Shown here in pieces: positions 1 through 13,640 of a stretch of 64,000 bases of DNA. The notes beneath the pieces are model-generated. The model searched no databases. It was not told the origin of the DNA and saw nothing but the letters and a program-made list of their open reading frames with translations. Every line of letters begins with the position of its first letter. Within the stretch, counting starts at the first letter, position 1. The translations under genes and the position numbers were made by a program. The DNA lies in assembly GCF_006345805.1 (NCBI RefSeq), contig NC_043014.1, positions 47,492,001-47,556,000 on the forward strand. Direction: 5' to 3'. This DNA comes from Octopus sinensis (lineage: Eukaryota).

Positions 1-49
1 ATAATTTCATTCGTATCATCACACTACCATACAGCATAATGCATATTAT

Positions 50-468
50 ACCTATTTCTTTATTACCCACAAGGGGCTAAACATAGAAGGAACAAACAAG
101 GACAGACAAAGGTATTAAGTCGATTACATCAACCCCAGTGTGTAACTGGTACTTAATTTATCGACCCCGAAAGGATAAAAGGCAAAGTCGACCTCGGCGG
201 AATTTGAACTCAGAACGTAACGGCAGATGAAATACCTATTTCTTTATTATCCACAAGGGGCTAAACATAGAAGGAACAAACAAGGACAGACGAAGGGATT
301 AAGTCGATAACATCAACCCCAGTGTGTAACTGGTACTTAATTTATCGACCCCGAAAGGATGAAAGGCAAAGTTGACCTCGGCGAAATTCGAACTCAGAAT
401 GTAACGGTAGACGAAATACTGCTAAGCATTTCACCCAGCGTGCTAACGTTTCTGCCAGCTCACCGCCT
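50..468 (-). mobile_element. tRNA-derived SINE family A (Meta-like core), partial tandem duplicate
   Basis: Head ggcggtgagctggcagaa..gagttc(a/g)aatt (A/B boxes), core gcctttcatcctttcggggtcgataaa; other copies at ~5180-5412 (17-bp TSD), 21617, 23981, 24236, 35827, 39911, 40504, 58125, 62385. Confidence 0.85.
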
Positions 469-1047
469 GTGGTGGTATAATGCTTCACTACCACCACACC
501 ACACTACAAAAGCCAGTATCACATGACCACACACACTACTAAAACGCTGTCTACAAAAGCAACCAATCCACACTTGCTCTATTATGTTCAATCAACTGGA
601 CTGGCACATTTGAGTAACTAGGAAGAAGATGCAGTATTAATTCATATCCATCTCTTGATGTAAGCATGAAGACTGAGTTACAGGGAAGGGAAGTGCTATG
701 TGATGTTGTGGCATTCATATTTTCCTCATGCTTGAGGAAACTGCATCAAAAGAAGTGAGCTTATCATCATTATCATCATCATTTAACGTCCGCTTTCCAT
801 GCTGGCATGGGTTGGACAATTTGACTGAGGTCTGGCGAACCAGACTCCAATCTGGCAGAGTTTCTACAGCTGGATGCCTTTCCTAATGCCAACCACTCCG
901 AGAGTGTAGTGGGTGCTTTTACGTGCCGCCGGCACGAGGGCCAGTTTGGTGGTTGTAAAAAAAAATAGAAGTTTTTATTTGTTGTTAAATGTCACCCTTT
1001 TCCACCTCTCTTTCTCTCACACTTTTGTCTGTCTGTGTGTCCTTCAG

Positions 1048-1140
1048 GAGATGCAAGAACTGCTGCAGAAATATCTGAAACGGTTCTCATCCATTGCTGG
1101 AAGTATGATCTACTGCGGCTCCATACTCAACTGGCTCGAG
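1048..1140 (+). CDS. ARHGAP32: RhoGAP32-like exon, end of PX domain ([31 protein letters not shown])
   Basis: ttcag| acceptor, |gtaaga donor, phase 0-0. Confidence 0.9.
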
Positions 1141-1144
1141 GTAA

Positions 1145-1179
<35 letters not shown>

Positions 1180-4100
1180 TCTCACTTTATTCTCTAACTC
1201 CACACACAACTTGTCACATGACTGGCATCAAAGTTCTTTCATTGGTTGTAACTAAATAACAAGATGTATTCACACTTGAAATTCTCCTTGCAAAAGGTCT
1301 TAAAACTAGTTTAACCATTTTAAATTTGTCTTTGATATTCCCATTGTACACACTGAGCTGTACATGATTAATTATGAATTACTTAATTTTCAAATTCCAA
1401 ACTCCACCTGTCTAACACTCATGGACATGTTTACAAAGTCAGAAAACAGCTCAGCTCCCATGACTTCAGGAAACATTTTTTCACGCTGAGAGTTGCTGAA
1501 GCATGGAACAAACTGCCGGCATCAGTTGTTAGTTGTCGGAGCACTGCATCCTTCAAAACTTCCATGCTTCCTGAGATTCACCAACACTACACCTGATTTT
1601 CTCCCCTCCATACACACGCAAGCATGTATCAGGCTCATACACTGTTTGCTTCCCAGACATTTGTACATTACTGCATATGCTTTATATGCACTTTTGACAA
1701 GTTGTGGTGCACCTGAGCACTGTAGACAATAATTTCAGTATATTATATTTATATCTGACAAACATATGACATGCAAATTAGTGTAATCATTACAACAAAT
1801 TTCTAGTTTATGTTTGTTTTAATTAGCAATTCTCTATAAGTGAATGCTCTTTGTAAAAAAAATAGTCTAACTTAAATATAAATCACTTATCTAACCCCTA
1901 ATTCACACTACACCAATGACAAGTAATCATCTGCAGCAGCAACACTGTCATAAGCATGAGAAACAATTCAAACAGAGAAAGATAAACACACTTTATAGAA
2001 CAAAGGGATTTCCCTCATCAGCTGCCAGTTGAATATCCTGTTGATTTTGATGCTGGATCACTATATCCAGTAGTCAAATAACATTAAAAAACAGTCCTGT
2101 GCATGTGTGTGTAATTATTAAGTACTCCATGTGTTATTTACTGTTCCCCCTTCTTCTATTGCAGATGGACAATCGCGGAAATCGTCTGCTTGCTGTGGAT
2201 GATTCTGGAATCAACACACCTGCTATTGCTGCTGCACACGCAATTCGTCGTTACAATGCACAGGCTGCAGATGAAATTTCACTAGAGGTCAGTGGGTTCA
2301 TTTTCTTTTTTGTTGTTATTGTTTAAACTCGGGTTTGCCCTGATAGAGTAGCCCCCTGACAAAAGACATTCCACTCGCAACGGTACTGTTTTTTACGTTG
2401 GTCTACATTTTTCAAAAGTTTCACACGGAATTGGCTATTACGTTTAGCAAGTTGAGCAACAGAATGGAGACACCTTCTTTTGTAAGATGCTACCTTTTAA
2501 CAATATTGGGTGTTCTTTGTATAAGCTGAGCTTGTGACCAGCAGGTTCAGTGTTTTGTGAGATGAAGAAAAGGGGAATGTAAATGGGGTGGGCGCAATGA
2601 TGGCAGTAGTGGTGGTGGTGGTGGTGGAGTGACAGCAGTGATTCTTGTAGTGTCTTGGCAACTGTGGTGGCAATGGTGGTGGTGGTGGTGGTGGTGGTTC
2701 TAGTGGTGATCTTTGATGGTGATGGTAATTGTAGTGCTTGTAGTGGTAATGTTCATGGTGTCAGTGGTGGTGGTGGTGGTGGTGGTGGTGGTACTGTTTC
2801 CATGGTGTAATTGTAGGAGCAAGCGTTCTGTAATTAGGATTTTATTTACTTTGGAGTCTCAGACACAAAAAAGATCTCTTGTGAGGTTGATGTAGAGGGT
2901 GGTGGTGGTAGGGGAGGAGTAGTTCCTATTTATAGTTTGCCTTTTTTTTTTGTTGCTGTTGAAGCATATTGTTTTGACCATTTGATCTTGATAGACCTCT
3001 GCTCACTTAGACCAACCTCTGCCCTGTTTGACCTTTGTCCATTTCAACTGACCCTGACCTCTGCCTACTTTGACCTACCTCTGCCTGCCTTGGCCAACTT
3101 CTACCCACCTCTGCCAACCTCTACCCACCTCAGCTGACCTCTGCTGACCTCCACCCACCTCAACTGACCTCTGTCTGCCTTGACTGGCCTTGGCTGCCCA
3201 TGACTGACCTCTGTCCACTTTGACTAACCTCTACCTGCCTTGGCCAACTTCTACCCACCTCAGCTCACCTCTGCTGACCTCCACCCACCTCAACTGACCT
3301 CTGTCTGCCTTGACTGGCCTTGGCTGCCCATGACTGACTTCTGTCCACTTTGACTAACCTCTACCTGCCTTGGCCAACTTCTACCCACCTCAGCTCACCT
3401 CTGCTGACCTCCACCCACCTCAACTGACCTTGGCTCCCCATGACTGACCTCTGCCCACTTTGACTAACCTCTACTACTTTCATACATTTTCTCATTTACA
3501 GGTTGGGGATATTGTATCTGTGATAGACAAACCACCCCCCGAGGACACCATTTGGTGGAGGGGAAAACGTGGCTTTGAGGTAAATATGCAACATTTTTTT
3601 CTGTCTTTGAAGTTGGTTGACTAAGTGTGCAAACTTATATATTTGCAAGAGTGTTCCTGAAACAGCCATTACCATAGGATAGCTGGTTGAGGACACTTTC
3701 CTGTATCAAATATCTGATATATATATGTGTGTGTATGTCTATACAACCTTGTTTGTATGTATGGAGAAGTAGGGTGCTGAAAAGTTCCTGGCTTTGGGTA
3801 AAAGAAAATATAGGAGGATCAGTCAATTATGATTTTATCTGGACTCGTGCCGGTGGCACGTAAAAAGCACCATCCGTTCGTGTCCGTTGCCAGCCTCACC
3901 TGGCCCCCGTGCCGGTGGCACGTAAAAGCACCATCCATTCGTGGCCGTTTGCCAGCTCCGTCTGGCACCTGTGCGGGTGGCACGTAAAAAGCACCCACTA
4001 CACTCACGGAATGGTTGGCGTTAGGAAGGGCATCCAGCCGTAGAAACATTGCCAGATCAGACTGGGCCTGATGCAGCCTTCTGGTTTCACAGACCCCAGT

Positions 4101-7100
4101 TGAACCGTCCAACCCATGCCAGCATGGAAAGCGGACACTAAATGATGATGATGATGATGATGATGTATTCTACCACTCTCGGATTGAACCCAGGGTGGAT
4201 TGCCTTGGCTGGTTTATGGCACTGAGGTGTTCTTTGACACTCAGCATTGTGCAGGAAGCAATCCCAAATGCTATTCCACTGCAAATTTGGCAAATAAATA
4301 AAATACATTTGCTGTGTATGTGTGATCAATAATGTTCACATTACAAAAATTGTTTTTAATTTATAATTTAAAATCTGTCTCTCTCTCTATGTAAAATATA
4401 GAAAGTCAGGTAAAGATAGGTGGGTTTAAAGCATGTATTTACATGGACTACAGATTATAGAGTATTCTGTAATCTGTATAGTTGTATTCCTTGTAAACAC
4501 ATGCTTTAACCCTTTTGTTACTGTATTTATTTTGTGATGCTCTGTGTTTCTTTCAATTACTTTAAATATAACAAAGAATTTAGTAAAATAACTTAGTTAT
4601 CATTAAGCTAGTGTTAGGAACATAAATTGTGGCTAAGATTTGGTGGAAGATTTTAATTCAAAACTTATGAAAACAAGACATTTTACCACAGGGCCTGAGT
4701 CGGGTTAGTAACAAAAGGGTTAAGCTTACCTGTATTTATCTGCCTTTTTACCTGCATAACAGCTTGATTAGGATCGTTTTTATAGCCAACTTTCGATGCC
4801 AAACCTCTTTGTGGATGAAGAAGTTAAAGTTTAAAATCTCATCTCCTTAAGTTATCTGTGTCATCTGTATCACACTTATTTTGAATATCAATGAGGGATC
4901 AGGTGACTGGCTTTCATTTCCATGGTTATAGAAATAACTGAGATGTGAAGCATTCTCACCGTTCCTTACCATTCCTCACACACACACACACACACATGCC
5001 TTCCCCCAGGCACATAGTCATGCAAACTGCATGGCCACCTCAATAGTGCAAGTGGCATGATAAAAATCAACCAGTCCACACTATAAAGGGGTTGGTCTTT
5101 GGAAGGGCGTCTGGCTGTAAAAACCTTTCCAAAATAAATGTTGGAATTTAATGGCAGTCCTTGGATACATCAGATTCTCAATACTTTATTGCCCACAAGG
5201 GGCTAAACATAGAGGGGACAAACAAGGACAGACAAAGGGATTAGGTCGATTACTTCAACCCCAGTGCGTAACTGGTACTTAATTTATTGACCCCGAAAGG
5301 ATGAAAGGCAGAGTCGACCTCGGCGGAATTTGAACTCAGAATGTAATGGCAGACGAAATACGGCTACGCATTTTTGCCCAGCGTGCTAACGTTTCTGCCA
5401 GTTCGCTGCCTCATGGATACATCGGATTCTGTCAAACTGTCCAACCCATGTCAGCATGAAATATGAATGTTAAATGATGAGAATATGTATGTACATATTT
5501 GAGTGTGTGTGTGTATGCATATATATATATATATATATGTGTGTATCTCTCTATACATAATTTACATGTCTGTGTGTGTGTGTGTATGTATATATATATA
5601 TATATATATATATGGGCCTGATGAAGCCTTCTGGCTTCACAGACCCCAGTAGAACTGTCCAACCCATGCTAGCATGGAAAACGGACGCTAAACGATGATG
5701 ATGATGATGATGATATATATATATAAATAATTTACATGTCTGTTGGTGTGTGTATATATATGTATATGCTCGCACGTGCACAAGCACACACATATGCATA
5801 TAAAATTAATGCTGATATTTTCTCGTACAATGTGTTTCAGGTTGGTTTTTTCCCCAGTGAATGTGTTGAGGTGATCCGGGATAAAGTTCCACAGTCTATG
5901 GCTTCCAGAATACCACCACCAATTAGGAAACCTTGTAAGTAGAAGCCGCAGCTTCTGTTAGCGCCATTGACGTCACTCTCACACGCTTTCTCTCTCTCTC
6001 TCTCACACACACACACGAACACACACACATATGCATACACACACACATTTATATTTGCTTTTTTTTTTATCATCTTTTCACTGTAACTCCTCTCTCGAGA
6101 ATAGTTTTAGTTTCCTTTTGTGTGTGTGTGTGTGTGTGTGCTGTTTTGATAAATTCTGCTTTGTTATTAGTATTATCATTCTTGGTATTATTATTATTAT
6201 TATTATTATCATTATTATTAAAAGATTGTTATTGTTGTTGTTATTAATATTATCATCATCATCGTTATTATTATTATGGTTATATTTATTAGTAATGTTG
6301 TTGTTGTTGTTGTTCTTGCCATTAACAATACAGCTGTTTGTTTATTGGATTATTTTTAATTGTTTGTTTGTTTGTTTTAATGTTATACACACGCCCCCTT
6401 CTCCCTTCCACCCACCCGCCCGCCCACCTACCCGCCCGCCCACCTCCTAATCCAGCTTCACCTGATAAAGTTTCCACATCTCTACCTGCATCACTAATCT
6501 ATTCTTGTCAGTCGGCACTCACTCACACTTTCATACACACCAATACATACATGCTTCCGCACGCACACACACACGCATGCATGTATGTACACACACGATT
6601 TGTATGCGTGTTTTACTCTTTTACTCGTTTCAGTCATTTGACTGTGGCCATGCTGGAGCACCGCCTTTTAGTCGAGCAAATCGACCCCGGGACTTATTCT
6701 TTTTATAAGCCCAGTACTTATTCTATCGGTCTCTTTTGCCGAACTGCTAAGTGACAGGGACGTAAACACACCAGCATGATGAACTGTAACCTCAGACTCT
6801 TCTATAAGAATACGTAGAGTTCTTTACTAATCTGAAGAATATTGTTAACCTGGTGTACTAACAGAGAGCTTATGAAGTATTTTGCCCAGATTGATAGTCC
6901 CTTATAAATAATTGTGTGTGTATGTGTACACACATGCACACACGTACACACACACGTGCGCACACTCACACACACACACACACACATAATGGACTTCTGT
7001 CAGTTTCTGTCATTCAAATCCATTCACAAGAACTTGGTCAGCTTGAAGCTATAGTAGGAACCACTTACCCAAAGTGTCGCACTACAAGACTAAACATTAA

Positions 7101-7150
7101 GTCACATGGTTGCTATGTGAAATTCTGAACCATACGGTCATGCCTGCACG

Positions 7151-7191
<41 letters not shown>

Positions 7192-9892
7192 TCATCGTCA
7201 TTGTTTAACGTCCACTTTGCCATGCTTGCATGGGTCAGACAGAATTTGTTGAGATGGATTTTCTCCCGCTGGATGCCCTTCCTGTCACCAACCCTTGCTT
7301 GTTTCCAAATAAGATAATGTTCCTCGTGACCAGACATGTTTTCATTGAAGATTGTTAATGGACACTGCTTGCATGTCAGGGGCATTCGTTTACGACTATG
7401 ACATGAATCCAAGGCAAGGAGGCACTGACAAATACACACACACACACAGGTTTGAACCAAAAGTAATGCAAAGCTAGTCATAGATTCTATTAACTGACAT
7501 AGGTCATTCCAATTGCCCATATTTGGTATAGTAACTCCTTCCTCTATACAAAGGTATCACTCAACATAGTCTCTATCACAAACAATGCATTCTGCCATTG
7601 TTGGACCCAACTCTTAAATCCTCTTTAAAAAAAAAGTTCAGATGTGCACTCTTCTACCTACATCTTCACAGCAATTTTCTCTCGGGGGGTGTGCCAGATC
7701 TGGATTGCACAGTGGATGGAAGATCACTGACCTGCCCAATTTGACAGTTACTGGATTCATTGCCAAAAATGTGTCATGGTGAATGTGGATCAATTTCCAA
7801 TTCTTGTGTAGTCTCTTCTTTCTAATGGCTTCTCCAAGCTTTCTGGGTGTCACAATGTACTACTTGCTATTTGTGGCACATCCACATTCCAGAAAATCAA
7901 AGAGAATTATGTCCTTGTCGCTCTAAAAAAAAAAACCTCATTACTTTTGCTGATCACAAGCTTTTGACTGCTTAAGCCTTGGAAAAGTGATGTGATGCTA
8001 TTCCATAGACTAAACCTTCATTTCTGGATCATAAAAATATGGCTCACATTTCATCTCTTGTCACTAGCTCAGACATAAAATAAGCTGAGTCTTTGTTAGC
8101 TTCAAATGTTTCCAGAAATGAGAACAGACTTCCACCCTTCTCTCCTTTAAATTAGGTATTGATTGCAAAATACCCACATTGCATATACTTTCCACTACCC
8201 AACATTTTGAACCTTCTGTAAAGCATTGTGACAGCAGTTCAGTAAATGGCAGCACGTTATTTCTGCTTGAAACCCAAGTAACCCATCACCAGCTAAAACA
8301 ATTTGAAGCACTTTTATTATACAAAACCTGCATTCGTTTTTATTCCATGCGTATGCAGGGACAGTAGCCTTGATTTTCCATTGTAGTTTTCATTTAGTAC
8401 CCTTACATTTTAAATTTGTTATAGCTTTCACTAGTGAGGTTGTCTTGCGTTATAATTTGTTGCTAAATGTATGTCTATGCATATAATAGCAACTTTGAGA
8501 GGGATTTGGTATATAAATTTCCTATATAAATTTCCTTGCCAGTATGTACATTTGTATATTACATTATGTAAGAGGCATTTCCCTTTAAGGGATCAATGAT
8601 TGGCTGAAACTGTAGAACAGCTTCAGGTTGGGGTGGGAGTTATATGCTGAGATTTATAGAGATTTCGATAAATTTGAATTGTTCTTCTGTTAATTTTTCC
8701 TGCTGTTAATTAGGTTATTTGTTCTTCGTTGTTTATTTTCACTACTACTACTACTACTACTACTATGACTGCATTTACTTCTAGTGTTAATTACCTGTAG
8801 TATTATTTTTTACTATCGGAAATATCAGGTGTTTCAATATGGAAAGGTATGGTGTTAGCTTTCTTAATTTTAGGGCTCGTTAATAGTAAAGATTATTTCA
8901 CCAGTTTCTCTGTTTTTAGATAGCTTGAGTTAGAACTTGTTACTTCCCCATTTTTATCTCCATTTTACTCAGACTACAGTCTTTGAGTTCTTTTGTCATA
9001 GATTGTGTATTTCTATCTGCTTTTAGGTTTGCTGTATTAGATGAGGGAGACTTAGTTTTTACGTAGTACAAGGATTGTGCTTGGTGTATTGGTTAATTTT
9101 TGTGATGTTAAAATAGTCAAGTTATCTTCCCACTTGGATATTGTTGAGAATGAGAATCTTACTGTAAATTAATTGAAAATGCTGTAATATTTAGTTAGGA
9201 AGAAAGATTTTGCTTAGTGTTTTGAAGAAAACCTTAGATATATTAGCCTGCACATTTATTGTGTAAGGAGCATTGTACCAGGTTATATTTCTTCCTTGAT
9301 TTTCTTATAGTTAGTTGTACCTGTGGTTATCTGTCTTTTAGAATTTGTCACGTTACAGCCCTCTAGAGGTTTATGTATAACCTCATAGTTAGGTTAGAAC
9401 TAATGGAGTTTTTTTTAAGTAAATATTCTTTTATCACTTACCTAACACGTTTTTTTAAATTTTATTATCAAGTGTTGTTTTTGGGGTGATGTTTCTTCCA
9501 TTTTTGGATATGAATATAGTTATTGGTCTTAACTAGATTACATTTGGTTTTTTTCTCTACACTCAGCTTTCGGGCTTCCTCTATTTGTAATTGTTATTTG
9601 TTCCCTGTGATGTTTGCATCAGTTTCTGAGCAGCTTTTATTACGTTGGCCATCCACTTTGATCATTACAGGGGCTTCTAAGTAATATTATTTTCTTATCT
9701 GTTGACTTGAGGAATAATTCATGAACGTTGTTTTCAAATTTTTTATCTATTTGAATTGACTATATATATATATATTATATATATATATATATATAATAAA
9801 GGGTTAATTGCAACAAGTTGCTCAAAACCACATACCGAAAATATTAGAAATAGCAGCCAAATTGATCGCTATTTCTCCTACTAATAAAAAAA

Positions 9893-9945
<53 letters not shown>

Positions 9946-12900
9946 GTATATATATTTGTGTGTGTGTATGTGTCCTTGAGGTCAAAATTCCCATTTTTGA
10001 AGTGTGAAAACCAACAGTGGGTGGTACTCTGAGGCATTGCTCCTCCTCCATACACAGCACAAATCTCATGAGTAGCTTCAGCAGCCTTAATACCTCAGTT
10101 AAATGCAAAAGGCAAATGGTGTCAAAAATGCTCGGTTTTGTCCACTTGACATTCCATTTTAATGATCGGAAAATACAACAAAAATCAATAAAATTAAAAA
10201 ATCAAAACATACTGTCTTGTAGAGCAAAACGTCCTCTTTTAAATAATATAAAGCATTTTGCCAATGCGTTTTATTTATGCTTGCATTTTTAAATTTGGAA
10301 AAAACACTCATGAATTATTCTTCAACCCAATAGTTATTACATTTCCATGGTCTTTTGGATCACTCATAGTTAAAAATTTAGTATTAGGTATATTAGTTTG
10401 AATTGGTCTGTGATGGTGTTCTTACTAATGTTCCTTAGTTTTTTGGCAGTGTTGATCTTTTTGATATGGTTTTCTTGTTCTTTACAAGGAATGTATTTAA
10501 TTTCATCATTGAATCCACTTCTTTTCTCTGCCTCATTGTGGTGTTCGGCATTCTCATTAAATATTTGTTCATTGGCTGACAATTTAGCTATTCTAAGTAA
10601 AATATTTCTAACGAGATTATCTATAATTGGTCTCAGAGGATTAAATAGTTTCTGTATGTAGTGTAAGTTTTTGTTTGGTTTATGGTAACAAAAAATTGCA
10701 AATGACAAGTTAGATCAAGAATGCCTTTAGGAAATTTTACCTTTTTTCAGATAGTGCTGAAAGTGATAGATGAAAACTTCTAAAGAATCTATTTAGTCCT
10801 TTATGGAGCCTTTCTGAGGCAAAAGGGTCACCGTTATTTGCAATCTACTCATCATTTCTGTATAGTTCTCTACTGAATTCCTAAGAGGATCCTTTCATTG
10901 AGCAGCAAAAACCGTCCAATCAAGTCACTTAACCCGAGTCCAGTGAAGCCCTTAGTATATGAAAATAATCTTTTCTAGCCTTACTGCAACATAAATGAAC
11001 CATCCCAGTTGTAGGCAAATAGTTGTAGAGCAGTAGAGAATGGTTATATGAACCTGTATTGGCCAGAGAAAAGAAGAGAGAGAATTGTTGAAGACACCAA
11101 AACCCAATGAAATGAATATCAATCAGGGGTTGGGGTAAATCAGATGATCGACCTTCATCTCTATGGTTGCAGAAATAAGAGATGCTCTGAAGCCTCATTT
11201 CACAACATTTCTCATCAGGCCATTCTTCACCAGTCCACATCAATATGCCTCCTTCTACACCAATGCCCCTGATGCCTCACCATTTTTCACACAACTCCAT
11301 ATCAGAGCTTGTCATTCCATACCAAGGATTATGTTTTTAATTAAAGAGTAGTTTCCAACTTTCATCTCGTTATCTCAGTTGTCCTGAAATTTTATTTTAT
11401 TCCCATTCTACGGAAATTGCCTCCAATAAAATAAGAACTAGGCTTCACCTTTGACCTGTTGGTGTCAACCAGTTGTCCTGTTTCATGGGCCTATAGAGCT
11501 TTACAAAGTGTCAACATGAAGTAAACGAGAAGTGAATGTTCCCCTGGATAGAGCAATGGTCAGTAATAGGTATGCAGCTGGGTGGCTTAACCACCCTACT
11601 CTAAAGACAGTGATGGCATGCACTAATGTGATGTGTTGCAACATGCAATGATATAGTGTACACTATAGAGGTGTTGTACGTTACTCTGGCTAAAATAACC
11701 TTCTGAAACATTCCAATGTAAAGTTCTGGAATTACTTTAGCAAACCAGAAAAATTGACAACAGATTTTTTAAAATTTTTACTTTCACACTTCCATTAAAT
11801 GTGGTCACACTGTATGATATTGTTGCGCCTGTCATATTTTATGATGTGTCTCACACTGTATGATATTACTCCTGTCACATTTTTATGATCCCTCTCACAC
11901 TGTATGATATTATTCCTATCACATGACATGAACCCCATCACTTGTCTATGATCTGACTGTATCACCCTATCCACATATACCCTGTAATATATACCCTGTC
12001 TCCCTTTTATGACTCCTGTTATAGTCATTGAAATAATTGTGATGCCTTGGTAGTTTTTTATCTCTCAAGAGAGGACTTAACAACACACTCAGACAATTGT
12101 TCCATGTCTGTGTTTGTCTGTGTCTGTGCGTGTGTGGTACCTCATGAAAGGTACAAGTCTATATGTGTAGTAGCCGAGTGTGGAATATATCAGAGGATTC
12201 CAGATAGAGGCTGCTTGTGATTTTGTCCTATGTTTAACGATGTTAGCTGTTGCTGTGTGATATGATGTTACACATTTGACGTACGTATGAGGTTTTAGAT
12301 GTGATGTGACTATTATACTTTCCTGCAGCATCCGGGCCGGTGAAACGGGGCAACACATGGAACGAAGGGGCAGCAGGCTCAATGACAACAGCTTCAACCA
12401 CAGCCACGAGCAGCTCAACTAACACAGGCACGTTGTACCGTCTTTGAAGCATTCTTAACCAGCACAAGTGTACAGTCGCTCTGCTGCTGTCTCTCGCAGC
12501 ATCGTCATCTGCGCTGTGTCAACGTAATACAATCAAAACGCAGTGTGCTGCAACACTGCAACACATGTTTTCAGAATTTAAGATGTCGTCCCTTCTGGCT
12601 TTAGTCATAAGATTGTTTCTATAATCCAATGCACTGACGTATGTATGTATGTATGTGCGTGTGTGCATTTGCATGTGCGCAAGAGAGAGTATCTGCATAT
12701 GCAAATGAACCTACGTGTGTGCATATAAGTATATTGTATTGTATATATAATTATATTGTATATAAACTTTGTGTTATATATACATTATATTTGTAAGAGA
12801 GTTGTTGCTGTAAATTTTCTGGCAGTATTAGATTTAAGATTTTTTCATATTTTTTACTGAAGCTGATATAGATGTAATGCATCTGGTATCGTATGTGTAT

Positions 12901-13579
12901 ATATATATATATATATATGTATATTATATATATGTAATATATTATGTATATAAACATATGTAATATCTGTGTTATGTATATATATTTAATATATATATAT
13001 TTGTATGTATACATGTGCGTATGTGTGTGCACTATATGTTTATGTATGTATATATATAATACATATATTGTATATAAACTTTGTGTTATATATACATAAT
13101 ATATGCTGTGTGTATAGTATGTGTGTGTATTATATGTATTATGTATATGTGTGTATTTATATATATATATATATATAACTTTATATAATTAAGGGCTCAG
13201 TAAAATAATTTACTTTGCCACATACTGAAATTTTTAGAAATAGCAGCCAAAAAAAAAAATTTTTTTCTTTAGCCATTTCTACTACTTTAAGAATCTTTGT
13301 ACATGTGATATTTTGTTGTTTTCCCTCCATATCTACGTGAATTATTTTTGAGTAAGCACTTTCAGGGAGATTCTTCTTAAAGTAGTAGAAATGGCTAAAG
13401 AAAAAAAATTTTTTTTAGCTGCTATTTCTAAAAATTTCAGTATGTGGCAAAGTAAATTATTTTACTGAGCCCTTAATTATATAAAGTAATATTTTGAATA
13501 TGCCTTGAATGGTCCTTTTACATACTGAACACTACTTGGTGAAATTAATTAATGACTAATTGATTTTACCCTTAATTAT

Positions 13580-13640
<61 letters not shown>

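Noticed and set aside
2005-2028. CTGATGA hammerhead-like core on the minus strand (also ctgaaga at ~6832 and ctgatga at ~24535)
   Set aside because: No matching GAAA, stem III or stem I partner found
10929-11420. Possible further mariner relic or 104-aa ORF
   Set aside because: Only a faint HTH-region resemblance; no catalytic motif readable
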